64,000 nt of DNA, from NCBI RefSeq assembly GCF_001949145.1, contig NW_019091359.1, positions 124,001 through 188,000 of the forward strand. Direction: 5' to 3'. The first letter of the stretch is position 1; every line of letters begins with the position of its first letter. The notes below the pieces were generated by a model that did not search any database, was not told the DNA's origin, and saw only the letters and a program-made list of their open reading frames with translations. Positions 11,101 to 20,070 of this stretch are shown here, piece after piece. The position numbers and the translations under genes are program-made. The stretch is from Acanthaster planci. Taxonomy: Eukaryota.

Positions 11101-14068
11101 ATTAGAAAATGTGTTCTGAACTTACAAAATCATATGTCAGATGTGACAGGGACAAAGAAAAAAATGGACTCCTAATATCTGGAATTACCCACATATATTT
11201 AATCAAGTGACATGGCACAGAATTCATAAAAAAAACAACTTAAATAACTTATATGAATGGAAATATGGGTAGGCCTGTTCAATATCACATGATAATTATT
11301 GAAACTGCAATATTTGTTTCATATCAAATATCGAATTGAGCCTTTTTTCTTGAATGAAAATATCAGGAAATTCGATACTCCTAACAATCTGGCATTTTAC
11401 TTCCACTGTTAGTGGAGCATTGACCGCATTGCTTTCGTCTTGTGGCTTTCCTCGAGTTCAACAAGAACGTACATGGACTAGCAGTCCACGTGCCAAGTTG
11501 CTGATCAGCACTGCAAGTGCACGCTCCAGGCAACTATTGCACCAAGATCCAAGCTGTCTCAATACCCATGCAGCTATGTGACTGATCTTTACATGGAAAT
11601 AAAGATATTTATTTGGACTTTGTGAAAGCTTAATCAGTGTTCTTGTATTTTTCAGTATCCAGAAGTGTCATATTTGTCACTCAAATCACACTTTTATCAA
11701 TAATGAAAACAGTGTTTGCAGTTTGATGAACATTAGTTCCAAAAACTCAAACGATAAAGTAACAATGACATGAATTTTGGGAAAATATGGCACACACGGT
11801 CATAACCAAATTTACGGTGTATGTAAAATAGTGGCCAAGTGCATTTGGTTCTGGTACCATGTGGGATAGAAAGCCTCTCGGCCCGTACAAGCAATTAAGT
11901 GACAGTGGTCTGTATGTTTACAAACTCCTAAAAGATCTACAGAAAATAACTTCATTTCCTGAATTCCACTGAAATAAGGCAATTCTGGGCTCCTTTTATT
12001 CTCTTGGATTTTCTGATACACAGCTCCTTACAATGAACCAGTTATCTGTTGCTGCTCCTTGCTTGTACCGTCCATTCATTTTAGACACCCTACTGCGTTT
12101 GAGATTTCCATGGGCACATTTCAGGGGCATGCACATGGCTGCGGAGGTGCTGAAGTCGACTTTGCTGGTTTACCTTTTGTTTCATCCGACTTAACACCAT
12201 GGCTACAGATGCTTTAGATGGTAACCAGTGATGAAAGACGGCACAGCGCGTAATACCGTAATTTCGTTGTTTTCATTTTCACATGTGAATGATACTTCAA
12301 GGTTCACGATTAACCGTTTTTTACGTATAAAAATATTCAATTTAGTTTTCTTCTCGGTTTGGGGTATTAAAAAAATTTTAGAAATGAATTCAAGTTGGGT
12401 TTACCCAATGAAAAGTAACATTTAGGCCAGTAGGGGCCGACACGCTTCAGGGATCAGTGCCGTGGGCGATCGGACTGTGTGATCAGACTTTATTTTACAC
12501 AGACCTCGTGACGCAACCCTGGGCAGGTGGACGTGAACTCCCCCCAAAAGGACATCATCACAATGATTTCGATCATGGCAATTTTTTCACAATAAAGGCC
12601 TATCGGTTTAGGAAAACATGGATATTGAACAGGCCTTAAAAAAGGGAGAAAAAATTGATAATAGCGTGATGTAGATATTTTTAAAACCCAGACCCACTTG
12701 GGGAAAAAGGTCCCCTTTTAAGGCGACATTCTCTCTTTCTGGAAACTGGTTTTGTCTCCAAATAAAGGGACTCCTCCGAATTCAGGGACAGTCTCCGAGT
12801 TGATGAGTGATGTGCACCTCTACTGACAAGTTGGTTGGCATACGAGTTGGCACGTGTACGAGTTGATCTGTTCCCGATCAACTGTGCACATCAAGTGATT
12901 AATTTTACACTCCACACTGACATTTTTAGTGACAATGATTGATACATTGTCATTGAACACTGATGTCTGAATGAGTTGAGATCAATGACAATGAGTTGAC
13001 AACGTCAACTCTCAGCATCAATGTCAAAATTGTCAATGTCAGTGTGGTTGACTGATGCATGCACTCATCTGCTCATGACCTGATGTGATGACATGTATAA
13101 CTCAGTGTTCATACTAATTACCGTCAGCACGCTACTGACCGCCAACACACTGTCAACACAGCATCAACACTCCAAAACACGTTAAAAATCAAAAGAAACG
13201 AAACTCGACCGTAACGTGTTTGCCGAAGGGATATTTTGCCTAAACTTCAACAGGTTAGACTCAGGAAAATTGCCATTTTATTTCAGCTGAATCGCCTCCT
13301 TCGAACAGCTCAGAAATCAGCTGCCATGTTGCCTCTTGGGTGAATGGGACCATACCATTACGCTAGAGGGGTGGTTATATTACATAATAGAGATACAACG
13401 CTTTTTCCTTAAACGTTACTATATTTGTATTTTTCTTAAGATTGAATAATTGTCCCTTTTTGTATTTTGACAATAACTGTGTTACACAAAATCTATGATG
13501 TTGTTTCTGCTATATTTATTTTTACTCTCTTAAAAAGTATTCAATTTATAGCACAGCATATTCACACCTAAATGGTACAGTCCAAGCTCCATGAGGAGGC
13601 AAGATGGCGACGAACAGCCTCGCTGCTAGAGATCTTTTTATTTTCGTGTAAAAAACTCCATTTCGCAAATTGATTTGCGATCTCCAAAACCAACTGGAAA
13701 GTCTCTTTCAGCCCAAATATTACACTTCTATTAAGTTCTATGCCTCTTTTGTGGATTAAAGTTGTATTTTTGGGAAGTTGACGCTGTGTTAACATTACTA
13801 TCGTGAGTTGACGGTGTGTACGGTGTGTATCGTGTGTTGACAGTAATTAGTAAGACCCTAACTCAGGTGAAGGCTGTAGGCCTATCTGTGTATCATGGAC
13901 AATGATGGAAGCGTGCCAATTTGACATGTTTGACGTTTCTGCCATTAATTTGATTAAAAATTCACAAATTTGTACGATTTAAAACAAATACCAATCTCTA
14001 GTCACTACAAAATGTCAAATGAAACAAACCTCGGCTTCTATCTCAGCAATTTTCTCAAGAATCCCCAT
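2160..14068 (-). CDS. DRG1: Developmentally regulated GTP-binding protein 1 (OBG-family GTPase), whole gene model, 365-366 aa
   Basis: Manually spliced exons 14030-14068, 10489-10609, 10200-10244, 9751-9881, 6256-6325, 5925-6024, 4239-4494, 3606-3718, 3381-3503, 3111/3115-3210 and possibly 2160-2166. All introns are GT-AG with consistent phases. Motifs: G1 GFPSVGKS, G2 YEFTTLT, G3 DLPG, G4 NKID, C-terminal TGS domain (IYTKPKG...VKHNPQKVG). [11 protein letters not shown] and [15 protein letters not shown] match DRG1 rather than DRG2 as I recall the human proteins. Confidence 0.96.
3111..3210 (-). CDS. DRG1: DRG1 exon 10 ([32 protein letters not shown], then stop or donor)
   Basis: cag| acceptor; ends AAG AAG TAA, which overlaps a consensus donor AA|gtaagt. 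Confidence 0.93.
3381..3503 (-). CDS. DRG1: DRG1 exon 9 (TGS domain, [40 protein letters not shown])
   Basis: tag| acceptor, TA|gtaagt donor. Confidence 0.95.
3606..3718 (-). CDS. DRG1: DRG1 exon 8 ([37 protein letters not shown])
   Basis: cag| acceptor, AT|gtaagg donor. Confidence 0.95.
3816..4010 (+). mobile_element. Degenerate family C copy
   Basis: Shares gacatttttgt..ctgttacac, ggaaatatcactgaaattgattt and tgtgttctaaacttaccaaatcatatgtcag. Confidence 0.65.
4239..4494 (-). CDS. DRG1: DRG1 exon 7 ([11 protein letters not shown]...[11 protein letters not shown])
   Basis: G4 NKID; aag| acceptor, GAG|gtgggt donor. Confidence 0.95.
5036..5598 (+). mobile_element. piggyBac-like non-autonomous family A, copy 2
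   Basis: TTAA-CTACTTTGCGCCGGGG...CCCCGGGGCTAAGTGG-T-TTAA imperfect TIRs. Confidence 0.75.
5925..6024 (-). CDS. DRG1: DRG1 exon 6 ([33 protein letters not shown])
   Basis: cag| acceptor, AG|gtagga donor. Confidence 0.95.
6256..6325 (-). CDS. DRG1: DRG1 exon 5 ([23 protein letters not shown])
   Basis: G3 motif; cag| acceptor, G|gtgagc donor. Confidence 0.96.
6400..6640. repeat. Palindromic element made of two head-to-head tRNA-like (A box/B box) units
   Basis: Minus unit about 6404-6478 (TAGCTCAGTTGG, GGTTCAAATCC); plus unit about 6563-6636 (CGCTCAGTTGG, GGTTCATATCC); self-complementary spacer; no proper anticodon arm. Confidence 0.75.
7022..8063. mobile_element. About 1-kb non-autonomous PIF/Harbinger-like transposon
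   Basis: TIR AGGCCTATTCACACAAGCGCCGA versus reverse complement AGGCCTCTTCACAGGAACGCCGA; TAA/TTA flanks; CpG-rich interior. Confidence 0.7.
8418..9013 (-). mobile_element. piggyBac-like non-autonomous family A, copy 3 (inverted)
   Basis: TTAA-CCACT...AGTGG-TTAA; internal reverse-complement homology to copies 1 and 2. Confidence 0.78.
9751..9881 (-). CDS. DRG1: DRG1 exon 4 (G1/G2 motifs, GFPSVGKS...[21 protein letters not shown])
   Basis: tttttcag| acceptor, CAG|gtaggc donor. Confidence 0.96.
10200..10244 (-). CDS. DRG1: DRG1 exon 3 ([15 protein letters not shown])
   Basis: cag| acceptor, G|gtaagg donor. Confidence 0.95.
   Translation of the reverse strand, partial: VLMLQKPEMQELDL
10489..10609 (-). 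CDS. DRG1: DRG1 exon 2 ([40 protein letters not shown])
   Basis: tag|ATG acceptor, G|gtttgt donor. Confidence 0.95.
10944..11191 (+). mobile_element. About 250-bp MITE family C
   Basis: About 27-bp TIR TGAGCAATTCCAGAAATCAGGGGTCCA...TGGACTCCTAATATCTGGAATTACCCA, flanked by CA/CA. Confidence 0.8.
11271..12636. mobile_element. hAT-like non-autonomous element
   Basis: Perfect 16-bp TIR AGGCCTGTTCAATATC at 11271-11286 and 12621-12636; no clear TSD. Confidence 0.5.
13106..13858. mobile_element. TIR element with 8-bp TSD (MULE/Merlin-like)
   Basis: TAACTCAG on both flanks (13098-13105, 13859-13866); imperfect TIR core TACTAATTACYGTCARCAC. Confidence 0.6.
14030..14068 (-). CDS. DRG1: DRG1 coding exon 1 ([13 protein letters not shown])
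   Basis: ATG at 14068, donor GAG|gtttgt, phase 0. Confidence 0.9.
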
Positions 14069-14254
14069 ATTTAAGGTAAAACTGCGTCAGAGCATCGATC
14101 CCACACGTCCACACGACAAACAAAAAGTTGCGAAATATTTTCACTTTGCGAGTCAGGTCTAGTCTCTTGACGACGAATACGAATATTGCTCAGTGACATT
14201 TCAGATCTGTGAAGGTACCTACTTTCATGCTTCCCATAATTCCATAGTTTCAAG
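14069..14254. promoter_or_regulatory. Putative bidirectional promoter / 5'UTRs between DRG1 and RPUSD4
   Basis: Divergent start codons only 186 bp apart; CpG-containing; YY1-like CAAGATGGC overlaps the RPUSD4 ATG; weak ZNF143/Staf-like TTCCCATAAT at 14231. Confidence 0.7.
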
Positions 14255-14819
14255 ATGGCAGCGCCCTTGGTGCGCGTGTTGGTCCTCAGTTGTCACGGTA
14301 CATTCTACCCGAGTCTGAGGTGTTTTAGGCACTTTCCGTTAGAAGGTGCAAGTCATATAAAAGATCTACGTTTCTGTCATCCGGTTCGAGCATTTGTATC
14401 CCAGTGGTGCCTTCGGTCTCCAAGAACTTATACCGGCGCCGAAGTTTCAAGCTCGGCCGCAGGGAAATCACGGCATGCACAGCACTCCCCCGGCTCTGCG
14501 GTATTCTCAGACACAGAGAGTCGTGCCAGTGACAGTGACGACTTTCAACACGCAACATCTGATCAGCAGACAAGTTCACCCTTTGATGGTAACAGAGAAG
14601 GAGAGGTTTCAGAGAAGGACGTGCGAATTTACAGTGACAAATCATGGGCAAGTGTGCCGCGTAGGAGACGTCAGGAAAAAGAAGTACAGAGTTTGCCGGA
14701 TGATGCACCAGCCAACGCAAAAACAGTAGCAATGAAAATCAGGAGGGAGCAGATTTTAGAGAGAAAGATAAAAGAAAAATCAAGATCAGCTTCATCAGAT
14801 GAGCATAACCAAAAGAATG
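14255..14819 (+). CDS. RPUSD4: RPUSD4 exon 1 (targeting peptide and low-complexity extension)
   Basis: caagATGG start in a 193-codon ORF, donor AAT G|gtaaaa, phase 1. Confidence 0.82.
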
Positions 14820-17800
14820 GTAAAAAGCCCACATAATAAATCAACATGTTCAATTTTTGTTTAATAATTATAATACAAAGTCATCGTGAAAGTGTATATT
14901 TGCTGGCATCTGAGTACACATTACTTCTGGTTCAACAACCAGCACTAAACTTACCCTTTTAGTTGTGAGTGAACACAGTGAAGTGCATAGTCTAGTGGTA
15001 TTGAGTTGTCTGTGAGAGCTTATCATTGCTCGATGAAATCCTAGCAGGGCCAAATTGCAACTGTTTGCCCATCTCATATTTAAGTCCCAGTGGCCTCCTT
15101 TAATGTTTAATCAAGTTCCAAGTAATAAATACAGGATATTTCACATTTCTTGTGATTTGCCATGGCTGTGGCTATGGAGAATTTATTTTGAAAGGAAATG
15201 AAGTCCAAAGCTGTAACTGGTCTGAATTCCATTTATGAATACGAATTTACAATGAAAATGGTAGCATTAGAATCAGACAAAGTTTTTAATAGTAAAATGT
15301 CTAAGTCCCACCAAGCACTCACTGTACGTGCATGTTCAGTGTTTGTGCTGGCAAAAAAAGAAAAGCAAACGGGTACCAGAACATGGTCAAATATTAATAT
15401 CAGAGCCATACTAATCTGGTTTGTTTTCATCATCTTGTCACATGTCGTGTTTTCATGTTATTTATACCTCATTTATACCATAGAGACTGAAAGAATCATT
15501 AAAACTGAGGTGGATTACAAAGGAAAAACTACGAGAAATTGTTTCAACTTTAATCCTTTCATCCTAAGCCAACTCTCATGTTGATAATCTAAATTTTGGA
15601 AAAACTGTTGGCCAACGCCTTACTAAGGCAAGTCATTGTAAACAAGCTGGGATATTGCTTTGATTTGGAAAGATATCAAATTATGTGTAGAAATACTTTA
15701 CAAAAGTGCAAATTGTACATGGATGCATAAATCTTGTTTGCAGCCGCTTATGAGTGGCATGCGTATTTCTTGTGCGTAAGCTTCAAAAATGAATCTTTGA
15801 AGAAAATTGACGACATGGTATTGAAACAAGTCACAGTCAAATTGAAGAGGTACAAAACACTGCAAAGTATGATTTGATGTTTGCGCTGAATCTTTAAAAT
15901 CAGTTTTCTTCAAGAGCATCAGAACTGTACCAATATAGGAGGTTGAACTTATAAAGCATCACAGTCACAATTTTTGCAAATTTTGAGTGTTTGATTTACA
16001 CCTGTTTGTTTTTCCTCGACAAGAAGCAGATCAGTCTGTTCCCACCAAGAGGAGAGATCTGGATAGCAAAGGATTCCGCAATCTGCGACACCAAGTGCAA
16101 GATCTGAGCAGATTTCAGGAAGATACAGTTGCCTCCATTCTGTTCCGAAGTGTCATATACAATGAAGGTTAGAGCAGATACGTGTGGTTGATGAGAATTG
16201 CAATTGGCTGGCTTTATTGAACTTATTTATTTCAGCAGAATATCAAATAATTTTGAAATGCCTGCTGTTTTTCATTGTGGATTAGTTTTTTACTGCATTT
16301 AACAAAATTGTTTGTAAGATTTTCAAAATTAGGTTATCCCCTGTGGCATATCGGAAATTATTTTTCACAGCTTTGTGTCAACAATGTCTATTGGGAGTGA
16401 CTAGGTTGACGATATTTATCTATAAATTAAAACAAATACAAGAACAGAGAAAAGGAAGGAATAATAGAATCAGAGAAACAAAATCAAGTGTAGCCCATTG
16501 TTGTTTATTAGAGATGATCAAAAGAGGTTTAACTTCTGGAAAATGCCCTAAAGAGGCAAAACACATATCAAATGGAAAAATACAAGAACTTTATGGTCAC
16601 AGAATTAATGTGACGATGTGCCTGTCTATGTACATTCAAAATTATGTGACCCTTTGTACCTTTTTTTTTTAAAGTTTGAGTTGCAGTTGGAGACTTTGAG
16701 TGATGGAGAGTACAAATCGAAAGCAGTTTGTGGAAACATCTTTAAAAGAGGCAAACTCTAAACGAGAAGTTTGATTTCACTCAATGTTTCAGTCGGTGTG
16801 TGATCTAACCAACATCAGCAGAGCTTCAAACCTTAAATTAATAACTCCATTTCTCCTCCTAGAGCCTCATTTGTTTCTTTTCTTTGAGTTTTTCGTCGTT
16901 CTTTTCATAACCTCGCAAATTCAGAGAAGATATTTGTTTTCAGGTCTATGGTAAACTTATTTTCAGCTTTCTTTTTGTAAACTTGTGTTCTGTAACTAGG
17001 GGAACTTATTGCCATAGACAAGCCATACGGTTTGCCATCGCATGGTGGCCCAGGTGTGGTGCACAGCGTCGACTCGCTCCTCCCCCTCCTTGCAAAGAAG
17101 CTCCGCCTTGAAAAGAGTAACCCCCACTGGAAGCTCTACTTGGTCCACCGGCTGGACAAAGAGACCACGGGTGTCATGCTGCTGGCCAAGACCGAGGACA
17201 TGGCCCAGCGGCTGCATCACATGTTCGTCCGGCACCAGGTGGGCAAGAAGTACTGGCTGGTGACCGTCGGGGTGCCGGACCCCCAGGAGGGAGTCATCGA
17301 CATGCCCATGGTGGAGAGGGAGGTTGCTGGAAAGCACAGGATGGGCATCAGGCCAGACATTGGAGCCGTCTACAAGAACCTGGGCAGGCTGGGCCGAGGG
17401 GAGGGTACGAGGGCAGTGACGAACTTCCGAGTCATAAATGAAAATGACCATGCTGCACTCGTGGAGGTTCGGCCAGAAACAGGTGAGACTTTATTACTTG
17501 TATTTGTTCACGGTATCCCTGGAGCGGTGAGCTGAACATCTGCTTATCGTCCTACTGACATAACCTAAGTAGATGGAGCATCATATTTATTCCGTTGTTG
17601 GCAGGCATGTCACAATTCATCAATGTATTGTTTACCATGAGGTGAGCATACCATGCTAACTGCATCCCAATACAGAAATCTGGATTGTGATATCCGGCTC
17701 TGAACCAACTTCAGAGAAGAGACAAATTATTTCTAGTAACAGAACTCTGAATTTGTGGGCTATGTATCTTGTAGTCGTGAACAAAACTTACGTCCAAAAT

Positions 17801-19294
17801 TTAAATGAGAGCAATTCCTACTCGTAGCAAACTGAGGTGTTTTGGGGTTGCCCGAGAATTGCCCCATATATGATTTCAAGGCTACTCTGAAAAACCTGAC
17901 CTAATACCATTTGTGAATAGTGGGCAATTTCAGGGGGGGGGCTTTCATCTGTTAACAGCCCTGAATACTGACCTAAGACTAGTCTAGACAATGATACGGT
18001 TTTTTTTTTGGCATATTTTACCATCACTGCACTCTCCTTTTCATTTCCTACAAGGCGTCAAGCATCAGATCCGAGTCCACATGGCCCTAGGCATGGATTG
18101 TCCAGTGCTAGGGGATCACAAATACTCCCACCACAGTAAACTGGCTCCGCAGGTAAATTGCTTAATCTTTTCCGAGCTGAAAGGACCACATTTATGCATG
18201 TTGCGATTGTGGCGGACTAAAGACTTGCTGAAGTGTTATCGTCAGGTCTAAACATTAATTTGTGTTACACAAGACCTCAATCACTTAAAGAAAAGGGGAC
18301 ACAGTGTAAGTCAGGAATATGCTGTTAACTCAGCGTGGTTTACCGGAAAAAACTGTCTGAAGGGGGCGTAACATGCAGCTACGTCCATAGGCATTTCTCT
18401 TGTTTCACTCTGTGGCCAAAGCAGAAAGTTCACTCAGTAGTGGCACCATCTTTTGCATCAAAATGCACAATATGGCCGTTTCACAGTAGTGCGCCACCAA
18501 GAGTTTGCAACGTGTTGGCCAATCACAGTGAGCGAAATTTGTCGACCCAATGTGCGTTTGGAAAGGGTCGACAAATTTCGCGTGTTATGATTGGCCACCG
18601 TGTTGCAAACTCTTGGTGGCGCACTATTGTGAACCGCCCGTATTGCCCTCGTAAGTGTTGAAAATGGAAGTGATGGTGCATTGGGAGCAGCGGAGCAGTG
18701 TTTAATTTAATTGCTTGATGAGATTTGTATTGAGAATTATTTTTTGTTTTGGTACTGATAGCCAGCCGTTGGTATGAAAAAAAGTGTGAATGTGACAAAA
18801 ACAAAGGTCTGGGAAAGGTTTACAAAGAAATTTTTGAGCAGTCCCGAAAACAGTAAATGAGGGCCAGCCTGCTGGATAATCTGTTCATATTTTCTGTTAC
18901 CATCATTTTACATGCTTACTCATCCTCCCTGAAAGTTACATGTACATGGTAAGGATAAGCAGGTTGTTCTAGGCGTGGGGGTGGACAGTTTTATAGGGGA
19001 CTTTTTGTTCATGGAATTGAACAAAAGTCTTCTCGTTTCTTTTTTAAGTCTTCAAGTTCTTCTTAAAACACTCATTCTTGAGAAATCTTCTTCTCCCCCT
19101 TCCAGCGGCTACCAATGGCCATTCTCCACCAGCTTGGCATCCGGCAAGCTAAGGCACGCACCGTACCCATGCACCTCCATGCCAGAGAGATCAAGCTCCC
19201 AGAATTCCTCAATGGCAAAAACCTTTACATCGCCACCAGGGTGCCCAGGTTCTTCCAGCAAAACATGAAGCGGCTGAAACTCAAAGTGCCATAA
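14255..19294 (+). CDS. RPUSD4: Mitochondrial RNA pseudouridine synthase RPUSD4 (RluA family), whole gene model, about 490 aa
   Basis: Exons 14255-14819, 16030 (or 16024/16027)-16167, 17000-17482, 18055-18152, 19106-19294 join in frame (1473 nt with the 16030 acceptor). Motifs: [11 protein letters not shown], catalytic [37 protein letters not shown]. The N-terminus is Arg-rich and acid-poor, like a mitochondrial presequence. Confidence 0.92.
16030..16167 (+). CDS. RPUSD4: RPUSD4 exon 2
   Basis: Tandem acceptors aag/aag/cag, donor G|gttaga; phase 1 at both ends. Confidence 0.82.
17000..17482 (+). CDS. RPUSD4: RPUSD4 exon 3 (catalytic HRLD motif)
   Basis: tag| acceptor, G|gtgaga donor; GC3-rich coding bias. 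Confidence 0.95.
18055..18152 (+). CDS. RPUSD4: RPUSD4 exon 4 ([33 protein letters not shown])
   Basis: aag| acceptor, CAG|gtaaat donor. Confidence 0.94.
18468..18645. repeat. Near-perfect palindromic MITE in RPUSD4 intron 4
   Basis: Arms gtgcgccaccaagagtttgcaac / gttgcaaactcttggtggcgcac and gcgaaatttgtcgaccc / gggtcgacaaatttcgc. Confidence 0.8.
19106..19294 (+). CDS. RPUSD4: RPUSD4 last coding exon ([33 protein letters not shown]...LKVP*)
   Basis: ccccttccag| acceptor, TAA at 19292-19294. Confidence 0.92.
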   Translation, partial: RLPMAILHQLGIRQAKARTVPMHLHAREIKLPEFLNGKNLYIATRVPRFFQQNMKRLKLKVP

Positions 19295-20026
19295 ACCTTC
19301 AAAAAAAATGGTTGACCGTGGAGGTCACGCTTCACTTGCACGCCAGGAATAGTGGTTGTAGAATGTGATGTTCAAAGTTCACTCCCAATGAAAACCATGA
19401 GTACTGTCTCTCCTGGTAATTTAGAGCCCACAACTCCGGTAATATCTCCATTGGAATGCCTTACCCTTGACTCGCAGCAGGTTTAATATTTCTGTGGCTT
19501 GGAGATATATATAAGGTGGGTTTGATCAGCTTTGACAAGTTACACAGGTTCAACCTCGTCCCCGCCGTCTTGCCTGTTTGACATAGCACACACGACCATC
19601 CTCAGGTAGGGGCTGCCCCAACGAAGCTAATTAACAACACTAATTGCTGTGCGCTATCAACCAGTTAGTGTTAATGTAATTGGGACTGTGCTGTCAACCC
19701 AAGAGGACAGCCTGTCAAGGTCACATTGCTTGATATTGTGCACACGTGTGAAAGGAGCAGAGGGCACCTGACCAGTTTTTAACAGAATGTGCACAACCAT
19801 TATTGCTGTAACAGTGGTGTTTATGGCTTGGGGTGGTTCTGAATGAAGTCTGTAATACTTGTAACTGGACAGGCAGGAGGGGTTCGTGACTGGATGCATA
19901 TGCCTATTATGAAATTGGCATTTACTGCTTTTAAACCAAAGGTGAATGATAACTTGAAAAGGATTGATACTAGTTAATTGGTTAATTAATCATAGCCAGA
20001 CAGAGAAAGATAATCAAAGCAGTGTG

Positions 20027-20070
20027 AATAAACACCAATAAATTTGTATGCTGTTATTTTCAAATTTATT
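20027..20070. terminator. Convergent poly(A) signals (plus-strand AATAAA x2; minus-strand AATAAA)
   Basis: AATAAA at 20027-20032 and 20037-20042 on +; TTTATT at 20065-20070. Confidence 0.5.

Noticed and set aside
12795..13095. CRISPR-like recurrence of tgac/gagttgac motifs
   Set aside because: No constant repeat-spacer period, eukaryotic context and no cas genes; likely transposon subterminal motifs
14030..14068. DRG2 identity or DRG1/DRG2 chimera suggested by MGILEKI
   Set aside because: All downstream diagnostic segments are DRG1-type
16996..17451. 151-aa antisense ORF
   Set aside because: Shadow of GC3-rich RPUSD4 exon 3
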